This document shows, in pieces, positions 28,218 to 38,639 of a stretch of DNA of 64,000 bases. The notes under the pieces were generated by a model, which saw only the letters and a list, made by a program, of their open reading frames with translations, had not been told where the DNA came from and did not search any database. This DNA is from Somniosus microcephalus (lineage: Eukaryota): the NCBI GenBank assembly GCA_052327205.1, contig CM126222.1, forward strand, positions 54,436,001-54,500,000, read 5' to 3'. A program made the position numbers and the translations under genes. Within the stretch, counting starts at the first letter, position 1; each line of letters begins with the position of its first letter.

Positions 28218-28478
28218 TGTGATAAAAATAATAGCTTCCGGGAAGTTATGTCATCACTTCCTGTGAACTGTGAACTATGAACTATGAACTGTGTACATAC
28301 CTCACTTCCTGTCATGTGTCACTTCCTGTTGGACTGGTATAAATACTGGTCTGTTCAGTATTGTAAGAGGCTTCTACCAGAGGCATGGTAAAGACCTCTC
28401 TTGTATATAGTGTGTTTATAAGTTACTTAAAGCTTACTTTAAAGTTACTTGATGGTAAGCCTCCTTTTTCTTACATCA
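28218..28478 (+). repeat. 5' LTR (261 bp)
   Basis: TGTGATAAAA...CTTACATCA; TATAAATA at 28338-28345; one A/G difference from the 3' LTR. Confidence 0.97.
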
Positions 28479-28479
28479 A

Positions 28480-28492
28480 TTTAAGTAACTTA
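28480..28492 (+). promoter_or_regulatory. Putative self-priming primer-binding site
   Basis: TTTAAGTAACTTA, 1 nt after the LTR end, is the perfect reverse complement of LTR 28419-28431 TAAGTTACTTAAA; no TGG-type tRNA PBS is present. Confidence 0.7.
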
Positions 28493-28560
28493 GTATTTAC
28501 ACTCACGAATACTAGACCTTCGGACAAACTCGGAATTAAGGATCCAGGGAACCACCCATC

Positions 28561-29043
28561 ATGGAGAAAATCCTTAGACCTATTCGTCTGGACTTGGACC
28601 CGAATGCACCAGCAGCTGGCAGGGTATGGAAGCATTGGTACCGTACTTTTGAGAATTTTCTGGATGAATGTGAAGCGGATGCTCCTGCTAGATTGAAGAT
28701 ACTTATCAATTATGTGACCCCAAAAGTGTTCGAATATGTTGATGAATGGGATAATTACGATGAGGTGATTCGGGCACTTAAGAAACTGTATGCCAAGACC
28801 CCAAATGAGGTCTATGCTAGACATCTACTGGCCACAGCCCGACAAGGGCCAGGGGAATCAATTGACGAATTCCTGCAAGAACTTCGCAGGCTCAGCGTAG
28901 ATTGTAACTTTCAGGCAGCCTCAGCTGAGCTGTACCGCCAAGAAATGATTCGTGATGCTTTCATCTGCGGGATTGCCTCTCCATTTATACGCCAGCGTCT
29001 ACTAGAAAGTAAAACACTTGAGCTACAAAAACTTTTGACCTAG
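28561..29043 (+). CDS. Gypsy Gag N-terminal/capsid part (frameshifts at about 29027-29031)
   Basis: RQGPGESIDEFLQELRRLSVDCNF and IRDAFICGI...IRQRLLE are typical Mag-like Gag motifs. Confidence 0.9.
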   Translation: MEKILRPIRLDLDPNAPAAGRVWKHWYRTFENFLDECEADAPARLKILINYVTPKVFEYVDEWDNYDEVIRALKKLYAKTPNEVYARHLLATARQGPGESIDEFLQELRRLSVDCNFQAASAELYRQEMIRDAFICGIASPFIRQRLLESKTLELQKLLT

Positions 29044-32000
29044 CTTGTTCACTGGATTTGGCAAAGAGAAATGCAGACCTCTATCAGCTGCCCAGATCTC
29101 GATCTGCTGCTGTAGCTGCAACCAGACAATTCAAGCGGTCTCAGGTGAACCCTATCATGGGGGAATCTAATTCTGATAATTCTGATGAAGAAGAGGAGGA
29201 CGACCCCACTTTAGCAGCCTCTTGGCAATCTAGGAAGGAATGCTTCTTTTGTGGAGATGCTTTTCACCCTAGGAAAACCTGCCCTGCTCGCAATGCAATC
29301 TGCAGTTATTGCGGGAAAAAAGGACACTTTGCTAAAGTTTGCCTATCAAGGGCCTCTACGAGGGCCAATCCAGCTAAGGCCTACCGAACTGCCCCAATTA
29401 GGGCCTATCAAGATGCTCCAGCTAGGACCTATCAAGCTTCCTCTCGAGCTCTCTCCCGAAGAAGCACACCGAGAGTTTTAGCCACTCTCTGTGCAACGAC
29501 ACCAATTACAGCTGCTTGCCCACAGAACCTGTCTCATGCTGCCACAAAAATTTCAATTAAAGGGCATACCTTAGATGCCTTAATTGACTCAGGAAGTACT
29601 GATAGTTTCATTAAGGAACAGATTGTTGCGAAATTGAAACTACATGTCTTCCCATCGGACCAGGCAATTGCGATGGCCCAGTCATCACTTAATACCAGAA
29701 TCTCCGGCTTTTGTGTTGTTGATATGACACTTCATGGTCGTATGTATCCCTCCACCCGACTTTTGGTGCTCAAGGACTTATGTAGTGATCTCCTCTTAGG
29801 ACTGGACTTCCAAAAACAGCATAAGAAACTCACCATTGAGTTTGGTGGATCCAAACCCGGACTTACTATTTCTAATATACCGTCTAAATTACCATTTTGT
29901 GCATTATCAGCAGCTTCACTTGATGAACCCTCGTTATTTGCCAGTATTCCGCCTCAATGCCAACCGATAATAACGAAATCGCGGCGCTTTAATCAGGAAG
30001 ACCAATCTTTTATTGCGGCTGAAATCTCTCGACTTCTAGCAGAGGATATCATTGAACCATGTTCGTCGCCCTGGCGGGCTCAAGTCGTCATTGTCAAGAA
30101 CCCTCTAAAACCTCACAAACAGCGACTATGCATCGATTATTCGCAAACCATCAATCAATATACCGACTTGGACGCCTACCCATTGCCACGCATTGATGAT
30201 CTGGTTAATAAACTGGCCGAATACAAAGTGTTCTCAACTTACGATTTAAAAAGTGCCTATCATCAGTTACCCTTGAAGGTCTCAGATAAGCAGTACACAG
30301 CCTTTGAGGCTAATGGACGGCTGTACCAATTTCGTCGCCTCCCATTCGGGGTTACTAATGGAGTGGCTGTCTTTCAACGAGCAATGGATGGCCTGGTTAA
30401 GCAGGAAAACCTAAGGGACACTTTTCCCTATCTTGATAACATTACCATTGCAGGTCACGATCAACAGGAACACGACTCCAACCTCCAAAAATTTCGGGAT
30501 GCCCTCCATCGCCGTAATTTGACCCTGAATGAATCCAAATCTGTTGAGTCGCAACCGACCATCAACATCCTTGGCTACTGCATAGGCAATGGTATCATTA
30601 AGCCAGACCCAGAAAGACTTCGCCCGCTCCAAGAGCTCCCGTCACCTAAGAATCCGGCTTCTTTACGTCGGGCTCTCGGTCTGTTTGCATACTACGCTAA
30701 ATGGATTCCTCATTTTTCGGACAAAATCCAACCCTTGCTGCATGCTAGATCATTTCCACTGGGAACAGCGGCTGTTGCAGCCTTTAACCTTCTCAAAAAA
30801 CAGTTGGAGAAAGCGGCTCTTCACTCCATTGATGAGAATCTCCCTTTCGTGGTTGAATGTGATGCCTCGGAGGTGGCGATCTCGGCTACTCTGAATCAGG
30901 AAGGTCGTCCTGTAGCATTTATGTCCAGGACCTTACAAGGTGCCGAGCTACATTATCCTCCGGTTGAGAAAGAAGCCACAGCCATCATAGAGGCAGTACG
31001 GAAGTGGAACCATTTTCTAGCTCGCCAGCACTTTACATTGATCACGGACCAACGATCAGTCGCCTTCATGCTCGATAATCGAAAACGAACCAAAATTAAG
31101 AATAATAAAATACAACTTTGGAGGATGGAACTGGCCTCTTTTGGTTATACCATTCTCTATCGGCCTGGCAAGGAGAATGTGGCCCTGGACACCCTCACAC
31201 GGGCATTCTGCTCCACTATGTCATCCTCCACCCTCATGGATGTCCACAATGGTTTGTGCCATCCTGGCGTTACACGCATGCTACATTTCGTACGATCACG
31301 GAATCTCCCTTTTTCCACTGGAGATGTAAAGAAAATATGCTCAGAATGCCGGCTTTGTGCGGAATTAAAACCTCAGTTCTTCCGCCCCTCAGATGGTATA
31401 CTCATACATGCAACCCAACCGATGCAACGACTTAGCATCGATTTTAAGGGCCCAGTGCCCTCTTCAACTCGGAACACATATTTGCTCACCATGATCGACG
31501 AATATTCACGTTTTCCGTTTGCCTTCCCCTGCTCCAATATGCTGGCGTCCACAGTAATCTGCTGCCTTGAGCAGGTATTTTCTCTCTGTGGCATGCCGGC
31601 TTATATTCACTCAGATCGGGGTCCATCCTTTATGTCGAGGGAACTCAAGGACTACCTCTCAGAACGGGGAATTGCTACAAGCAAAACAACACCATACCAT
31701 CCCATTGGAAATGGGCAGGTAGAGAGGTATAACGGTATCATCTGGAATTCCGTACGTCTCGCTTTAAGATCTCGGGGCCTGCCAGACCAGCAATGGGAAA
31801 CAGTGCTTCCGGATGCATTGCACTCTATACGGTCCCTGCTTTCTACAGCCACAAATACTACACCTCATGAGCGGTTCTTTGGATTCCAGCGTCGCTCATC
31901 TCATGGGACATCACTCCCGTCATGGCTAACTACTCCTGGACCTGTATTACTCCGAAGATACGTTCGGACGTCTAAAAATGACCCTCTTGTAGACGAGGTC

Positions 32001-32486
32001 GAACTAACCGATGCCAACCCCACCTATGCAAACATACGATATTCCGACGGCCGAGAATCTACCGTATCATTACGGGATCTGGCTCCCTGCCCACCAGGAC
32101 CTAGTGGGACATCGGGTGATGGCATTTCACCAGGAAACTCTTGGGACCTATCGGGTACCCCTCTCCAGGATCCTGATCGGACACCAACTAGCTTGGTGCC
32201 GGTAGAACCCCGTGCTCAAGGTTGCGACCCTCCCAGTACCACGCATGAAAGTACTGGTCTGCCACAGACCAGCTCTGCACCTCCCTCTGAACAGAGGCAG
32301 TCTGACTTTGAACCTATTGGGGCTCGTACTCGAAGCCATGATCTCCCTGACCCTTCACAGGGTAATCCAGGCCACACGGACTCTGGCCAATGGCCAACCG
32401 CATGTAAGCGGACCAGCGACCCTCTACGACGGGAATCCAAACGGGTGCGACTCTTCCTTGTTCGGCGGCTGCGGACCAAAAGGTAG
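29031..32486 (+). CDS. Gypsy Gag C-terminus plus Pol (zinc knuckles, protease, RT, RNase H, integrase)
   Basis: CFFCGDAFHPRKTC and CSYCGKKGHFAKVC; LIDSGST; YDLKSAYHQ, LPFG, YLDN; CDAS, EKE, TDQ; HNGLCH..CSEC/CRLC; IDFKGP, SDRG, GQVERYN; frame open from ACT TTT GAC at 29031. Confidence 0.95.
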   Translation, partial: TFDLACSLDLAKRNADLYQLPRSRSAAVAATRQFKRSQVNPIMGESNSDNSDEEEEDDPTLAASWQSRKECFFCGDAFHPRKTCPARNAICSYCGKKGHFAKVCLSRASTRANPAKAYRTAPIRAYQDAPARTYQASSRALSRRSTPRVLATLCATTPITAACPQNLSHAATKISIKGHTLDALIDSGSTDSFIKEQIVAKLKLHVFPSDQAIAMAQSSLNTRISGFCVVDMTLHGRMYPSTRLLVLKDLCSDLLLGLDFQKQHKKLTIEFGGSKPGLTISNIPSKLPFCALSAASLDEPSLFASIPPQCQPIITKSRRFNQEDQSFIAAEISRLLAEDIIEPCSSPWRAQVVIVKNPLKPHKQRLCIDYSQTINQYTDLDAYPLPRIDDLVNKLAEYKVFSTYDLKSAYHQLPLKVSDKQYTAFEANGRLYQFRRLPFGVTNGVAVFQRAMDGLVKQENLRDTFPYLDNITIAGHDQQEHDSNLQKFRDALHRRNLTLNESKSVESQPTINILGYCIGNGIIKPDPERLRPLQELPSPKNPASLRRALGLFAYYAKWIPHFSDKIQPLLHARSFPLGTAAVAAFNLLKKQLEKAALHSIDENLPFVVECDASEVAISATLNQEGRPVAFMSRTLQGAELHYPPVEKEATAIIEAVRKWNHFLARQHFTLITDQRSVAFMLDNRKRTKIKNNKIQLWRMELASFGYTILYRPGKENVALDTLTRAFCSTMSSSTLMDVHNGLCHPGVTRMLHFVRSRNLPFSTGDVKKICSECRLCAELKPQFFRPSDGILIHATQPMQRLSIDFKGPVPSSTRNTYLLTMIDEYSRFPFAFPCSNMLASTVICCLEQVFSLCGMPAYIHSDRGPSFMSRELKDYLSERGIATSKTTPYHPIGNGQVERYNGIIWNSVRLALRSRGLPDQQWETVLPDALHSIRSLLSTATNTTPHERFFGFQRRSSHGTSLPSWLTTPGPVLLRRYVRTSKNDPLVDEVELTDANPTYANIRYSDGRESTVSLRDLAPCPPGPSGTSGDGISPGNSWDLSGTPLQDPDRTPTSLVPVEPRAQGCDPPSTTHESTGLPQTSSAPPSEQRQSDFEPIGARTRSHDLPDPSQGNPGHTDSGQWPTACKRTSDPLRRESKRVRLFLVRRLRTKR

Positions 32487-32507
32487 ACCACAGCCTCCTA
32501 AACCTGC

Positions 32508-32519
32508 AGGAGGGAAGAA
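32508..32519 (+). promoter_or_regulatory. Polypurine tract
   Basis: AGGAGGGAAGAA directly abutting the 3' LTR. Confidence 0.85.
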
Positions 32520-32780
32520 TGTGATAAAAATAATAGCTTCCGGGAAGTTATGTCATCACTTCCTGTGAACTGTGAACTGTGAACTATGAACTGTGTACAT
32601 ACCTCACTTCCTGTCATGTGTCACTTCCTGTTGGACTGGTATAAATACTGGTCTGTTCAGTATTGTAAGAGGCTTCTACCAGAGGCATGGTAAAGACCTC
32701 TCTTGTATATAGTGTGTTTATAAGTTACTTAAAGCTTACTTTAAAGTTACTTGATGGTAAGCCTCCTTTTTCTTACATCA
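32520..32780 (+). repeat. 3' LTR (261 bp)
   Basis: 260/261 identical to the 5' LTR by manual comparison; followed by TSD CAAGT. Confidence 0.97.
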
Positions 32781-33062
32781 CAAGTCATCCTCGGTTCCGA
32801 AGGACTGCCCAAGAAGAGAAGAAGTCATTACATTGTTTTGGTTGGAGGCCATATGATAACCTATTCAGAAGCATACAATGCCAGATTTTTCAAAGGATGG
32901 GTATAATGTGCATTGTTTGATCAGTGTTGTGTGAATGCTACATCTAACACATGCTGTAATTAATCTGGGAGTGGGCATTGGCTGCAACTAGGTGCAAAAG
33001 TAGAAAGATGCGCTATAATTCACCATTGACATTTCCCCAATTGTCTCACCATTTAAGACAAG

Positions 33063-33759
33063 GGCCTAGAAATTCGGTAGGCTTAGCGCCGCATTTGAGG
33101 CGCTAGAGGGCCTAGCGCCGGAGTTATGGCCAGTTGAGAAATTCCCTGGGGCCCTAAATCGGCGTTGCACCGGTAGCGCTGCGCCGGCACCGATTACATC
33201 ATCGGTGTGCGCAGCGTCCCGGTTGCCGTGGTAACCCGGCCCCAAGCCGAAATTCAGTTGCGCCCGCCTCGCCCGTGGCAGGCGCAACTAAGACTCTGGC
33301 AACAGAGTCTTCCCCCAGTGTGCGCCGGCGCATAAAGGTGGAGCGGCGGCCGGCCGCGTTCCCGGCGGCCGCCTGTCCGCACCTCCCTTCCCGGACTCCT
33401 GCATTCCCCCCCCGCGGCCCTGATCAGTGTCTCATGCGAGCCCGGCACTTCCCCGAGGTGCCGGGCTCAGATGTCGGGTCAATCCGCCGGACAGTTGTCG
33501 GCTGCAGGCAGCTCCTCCTTAACAGGAGGAGGAGGCCTGCAGTTCCCCCGCCTGCCGCACCGCATCGGGTGCCGCAGCGGGGGATTAGCGCCGGGAAACC
33601 CAAGTTCACGCCCGTTTTGAGGCGCTAAAGGAGGGTTTTAGCGCCCGCCGCCGTCTGGGCCCGGCGCACCCGAATTTTCGTCGCACGCTGCCGCATTACC
33701 GCTGGCGCAAACTTTCTGGCGCTACAGCCCTGGCAAGACCAGAACCCAATTTCTAGGCC
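33063..33759. mobile_element. GC/CpG-rich PIF/Harbinger-like MITE, copy 2
   Basis: Perfect 12-bp TIRs GGCCTAGAAATT / AATTTCTAGGCC with 3-bp TSD AAG. Confidence 0.88.
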
Positions 33760-34087
33760 AAGGTCATTAAAAACTCTGCTGTGATACGAATGTCAAGAAT
33801 TTCTGACATGCTCCCCATGCAGCATGACTGATGACGTCTACTGGGTACTAGATTGAGATAGATTCTGTATTTGGTTCTGAAGCTGAGCCTTTGTTTTGGT
33901 AATGTTTTTGTATCAAATCATTCAATTTTATCAGGAACTAAGTTGGTTTCTAAATTAAGTTGTATCGTTCGATAATTTCTTCATTGATTGTAATGTAAAA
34001 CGATCTCAAAACGAATGCTGTAATATGTCGGAACAACAGGGTGCCTTTGAATGTGGAAGATACCGCCTTGATATTATCTAAATGTAA

Positions 34088-34345
<258 letters not shown>

Positions 34346-34779
34346 TGAATTTTGTTTGGCTAGTTTTCTTCTCTTTTTGACAATTTCTATTTTGCCCTCC
34401 ATTCCCTGGATCCCCGCATTTTTCACCGCACCCCACACGCCGCTGGACTGGTTCCCTCATGAGGAGCGACCCTCCTTTTGTAGCCGCAAATTTATCCTGA
34501 ATAAATATTCTGATGACCCCAAAAGAGTCCCAGGATATTTTACCGGAAGTGGAAAGTAATGATTGGTAACATGGCTCTCATCTCAGCCAGAGGTTCGTAC
34601 CTCTGATTTGATAGTGTCTGTCTTCTCTCCGCTCCCTCCCATGCTACCAAACTACAGTAATTGAGTGGTGCCCTGGGAGTTCCAGAGTACGAGAGGAAGT
34701 TTTGAGAAGACACTATCAAATTGGAGGTGAGAGTCCCCTTTGGAGCTTGTAAACTTAAATCATAAATGCACGTTTCATT

Positions 34780-34985
34780 GATAAAGTATAGCTCTATTTG
34801 AGTTGGATAGCTGTCTCTCTGTTACCAGTTTAAGAGTTAACCTATTTTTGTTAGGCAAGGTTATTGAGGGCTACGGAAGCAAGATGGCTAGATGGGGTTA
34901 AAATACAGATCAGCCATGACCTAATTGAATGGTGGAACAGGCTCGAGGCTGTTGACTGGCCTACTCCTCTTCCCATGTAGTCTAA
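34780..34985 (+). mobile_element. CR1 3' fragment
   Basis: CAGATCAGCCATGACCTAATTGAATGGTGGAACAGGCTCGAGG resembles the CR1 3' UTR at 6935-6975. Confidence 0.7.
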
Positions 34986-35096
34986 TGTTTAGATTTGATG
35001 TGCTCAAACATACTTGTAGGAAAAGGGAAGGAAACACGCTTGACTCTTTGACATTAACAATCTCAGTTGACAACCTGAATTCTCTCTCTTCCTCAG

Positions 35097-35472
35097 GATC
35101 ATCGCAAAGCAGAGGAGCGTCGGATAGAAGCAGAGGAACATACTCTAGAGAGGAATAGGAGATCACACAAAACAGTTGCCTTAAACTCTCCCAAGAGTCT
35201 TTCTTCACCTGTCACACTGCCATCTGGCATGTGTTCTGCCAAACTCTCACCATGCCACCATTCTCCTTCTCTAAGACCCAAGTCAGGGTGCCCCACCCCC
35301 CAACCCACTGCTTTATGTCCTTTACCTTCTTGTCCTCCTTCTGGTCCTGCCATTGTCCCACAGTCCTCAGCAGTCAGCCCTCCTTCTTCCCAGAATTCCA
35401 CAGGAAATCAAACAGCTGAAAAGAGAGTAGAAGGACAGCCACCTCAACATTATCCAGAATCCTTTGAGCCAG
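35097..35472 (+). CDS. BAHCC1: BAHCC1 exon (phase 0 to 1)
   Basis: DHRKAEERRIEAEEH...RSHKTVALNS...KLSPCHH...ESFEP resembles human RKPEDQH...KSTHKPVAL...SEP; cctcag acceptor, gtacga donor. Confidence 0.88.
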
Positions 35473-37462
35473 GTACGAACATAATTATATCAACAGCACA
35501 AATAAAGTACGAATGTCTTGCACAGCTTTGAAAGGCTCCAGTTATTGAGAGGCCTGGTACTTCAAAATCTGACAGCATCACCTATAATGCAGATATTTCA
35601 GTGGAGCAGTGGCCTAATGACCAGTGGGTTAGTACATACTATAAAAAAGATAGATTTCTTGATATTTCCTAGAATGAAAGAGAACGGCTGGTGTAAAGGT
35701 TTATGAATCTGTGATCCAACAAATGCTCCACTCTATTTTCTCCTTTCCGGCAGTAGAACTACCAATGGCTGGAAGAAGACTATTGAGAGACTGTTATAAA
35801 GATTGATCAATAAATCAATGGCAAATGAATACAGACTGTGTGCCTCTTGCAGTTTATCCAGCTCGGACTGTCTCCTTTTTATCAGCGGCAACACCCTAGT
35901 TGTGCGTTCTGGCAATAATTGGCAGAAACTAATGCAAACCATAAAACCTTGGGGAAAGTACAGAAAAAGCAATGGTCCAACGTTACTGCTGATTGGGATA
36001 TTCTATCAACAAGTAGAGTCTATTCGCTGGGCATTTATACATTTGCATTTTGTGGACACTACCAGGAGAATATTGATAAACAGACAGTTTTAAGTCACTA
36101 CTAGCCATTGAGTAGACGATCCGGTAAACAAAACACAGTTTGCCCACTCCGAACAGGGTGTTAAACTCACCCGGTTTCGGCACTTGAGATCTGACAGTTT
36201 TTACCTGGATGATTAGATGAAGCACTCTGTGACAACAACGTACTCAACCCCATGAGTGTGGAAAAGTCCATGACTCAAATTGTCCGACTTGGCGGGAGGA
36301 AAGAAATGAGAAATAATCTTAAAAGGGAAAGACTTTATAGGCATCCCTTGTTCTTTTATTTAATCTCAAAGTACTTTATATGATGCTTAAATCTTACAAC
36401 TTGTCAAATAAAAATCAGCTGAAAGTGCCTTACAGGCACCCTAATGCCAGCTATTATGTCTAACAAACACACAAGACACTAAAATCCAATATATTTCCTT
36501 CTAATTTTCAAGGTTAGATGATATGCAGCTGCTGAAATTCTTTTGTTTTATGTTGGAGAGAAAAGGAGGAAAAATCCTGAGTGGCCTGGGAGATAGAAAC
36601 CATTTTACCCCTCAGCAGTCCTTGGGAAGGACGCACTTTGGTGGAAGGCTACATATTCATCTGGTGGTTGTGTCAAAGAGGCGGATGGATACCATTAATT
36701 ACACTCAGTTGGTGACAAGGTAGTCAGGATGCTGCCAACCGGGATAAAGTCAGGGGCACCTTCAGAGTTCATGGGGAAGACAGAGTAATAACATTTGTTT
36801 TGTTGCTTGAGCTCAGCTGTACAGTCGGACGTCAGGGAGATCATCAGTTCAGGGTGCAGGGCTTTGCAGCGGCAAGGCTTAACCCCTTCACCCTTCCAAA
36901 CAAATTGATAACCTTGCCCAAAGTTTTCAAGTGCAGCCCAACCTCTTGCTCCTGTTTCCACAGCAGGATGTTTTTTGATCAGTTAAAAAAAATTCTCACA
37001 TTTTTGCAGCAGCTTGTGAACACAAGAACCCCGGACCATAAAAGATTTTCTGTTGCGGTTTCAACCGTTGCTGGAGTGTGAGCACCATGGCGTTATGATT
37101 ACAGTCACTGTAAGTGATGATTCATGCACTCAAGCATGTTCAGTTTATCAGAGTGGAAAGAAGAATAAATTAAAATGGACTTAACACAGCAACTGCATTG
37201 AGCTATAGGCCCTACAAGTCACACTTGCTGTTTTGTAGAACAGGATCATGCACCTAAAAAACCGCCATGTAGAGTTCGATACCAGAAAGACCTGAGCAAT
37301 TTAAATGGAATTGGCCCCATGGTGTTAGAAAGGAAGTCTAGCTCTTTAGAAAATTATCTCTGCTAGTAAAGCCACGTTGAATATTCTCAAATTCTGGTGA
37401 ACTATGGGGGTTAGTGATAGTTGTGTTGGATAAAACATGTTCCTTCTCACTCTCTGTTCCAG

Positions 37463-38329
37463 ATCTTCCACCTGGCTACACCTACACAGCCGTCACCATG
37501 GGCTACAGTTCCCCTACTCCACTTGTGCACTCTGCTGATCCCGCAGACCCTGAAACTATGCAACCCGTCACCACAGCGGCTGAACCAGAGCAGTCCAGAA
37601 CCTTTACGCCTGGTGCGAAAATTCACTGTGATACTCGGTCAAACATGGTGGAGGAGGCAAACCCCACCGACAAACAGATCGCAACGAACGACCTGGATGT
37701 TGTAGAGCAAAATACACACAAGGTTCTCTGCACCACAGAAGAAAAGGAGACAGTAAATGCATTGCCAGCAGAGAATGCAACTGTGGAGCAACTTGAGTCA
37801 TCTATGAAAGAAAACATGGAATGCTCAAGGCATTTGATTGCTTCTCAGGGAATTGTCACTGATGGAGGACTTGCAGGAGAAGAAGGAGGACAAGAAATTT
37901 CAGTGACAGAGTCACCTCACACAACCAGTGAGTCCACAACTTTAACCAATGAAGCATTGGACGTTAGGAACTCTGATCACTTGGGTTCGATAGCTGCGAC
38001 TGACTTAAACCAGGAATGCAATATTGTTGAGGAAGTCAAACAAGTGAATCAAGATGAGGATTCAGAAATTAGCCATGATGCCTCAGAGAGGGATGAAGTG
38101 TTCAAGTGGCGGTTGGACTGCATGGCAGGGATGAATGCCCTGGTGGCAGCTGGTCTCAGCATGGGAGAGCTCCTTGTTTTAGAGCCCGAGGTTCCCAGCG
38201 CCCCCAAACCACCTTCACACCCTACAACCTCGACCTTTTACCCCTGCTCAGGGATGCATGGAATAGCTCTGCTGAGTGAACTGGCTGAACTCGAACAGCA
38301 GCGACAAAACTGTGATGGCACCTGTCAAG
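37463..38329 (+). CDS. BAHCC1: BAHCC1 exon (867 nt; phase 1 to 1)
   Basis: DLPPGY...DPETMQ...GMNALVAA...SGMHGIALLSELAEL matches human; ttccag acceptor, gtaatt donor. Confidence 0.94.
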
Positions 38330-38639
38330 GTAATTGCTTTAACTTGCACATCTCTACTCTGTTTCGATATCACCGTCTGCATAATGGCTTTTCAAATAGT
38401 CATTTTTAGTTTCTTCCAAACTGTATTTAATCTTTTACTTTGATTGTTTCTATGGTTGGAAAATCCAATCGCACCCCAAAAGAGTTATTTAAATGGAAGA
38501 ACTTGGGTGATGGCAAAAGATTATGATTTATGAATATCCAGATTTTAAATGGAATTCCAAAATAAAAATTGATCTAATTGTTCAGGAAGCTTATCCAGTG
38601 AGTAGCTGGGCTATGCAGAACATTGTTGATATAGCACCA

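Larger units (their letters stand above)
28218..32780 (+). mobile_element. Full-length Ty3/Gypsy LTR retrotransposon (Mag-like gag), very recent insertion
   Basis: Two 261-bp TG...CA LTRs, TSD CAAGT (28213-28217 and 32781-32785), PPT, gag-PR-RT-RH-IN order. Confidence 0.97.
25603..32822 (+). mobile_element. RTE-clade LINE, 5'-truncated (body 25603-28217; 3' tail 32786-32822), split by the Gypsy insertion
   Basis: Endonuclease C-terminus (SWQHPRSKHWHLLNYVIVR), RT (GVKQGCIIAP, LQYADD), C-terminal CPTC..H; AAGAAG tail; 32-bp flanking duplication at 25571-25602 and 32823-32854. Confidence 0.92.

Noticed and set aside
28218-32780. Endogenous retrovirus, or an LTR-encoded hammerhead ribozyme
   Set aside because: No env ORF (pol ends 33 nt before the 3' LTR) and the domains are Gypsy-type; no CUGANGA...GAAA core seen in the LTR
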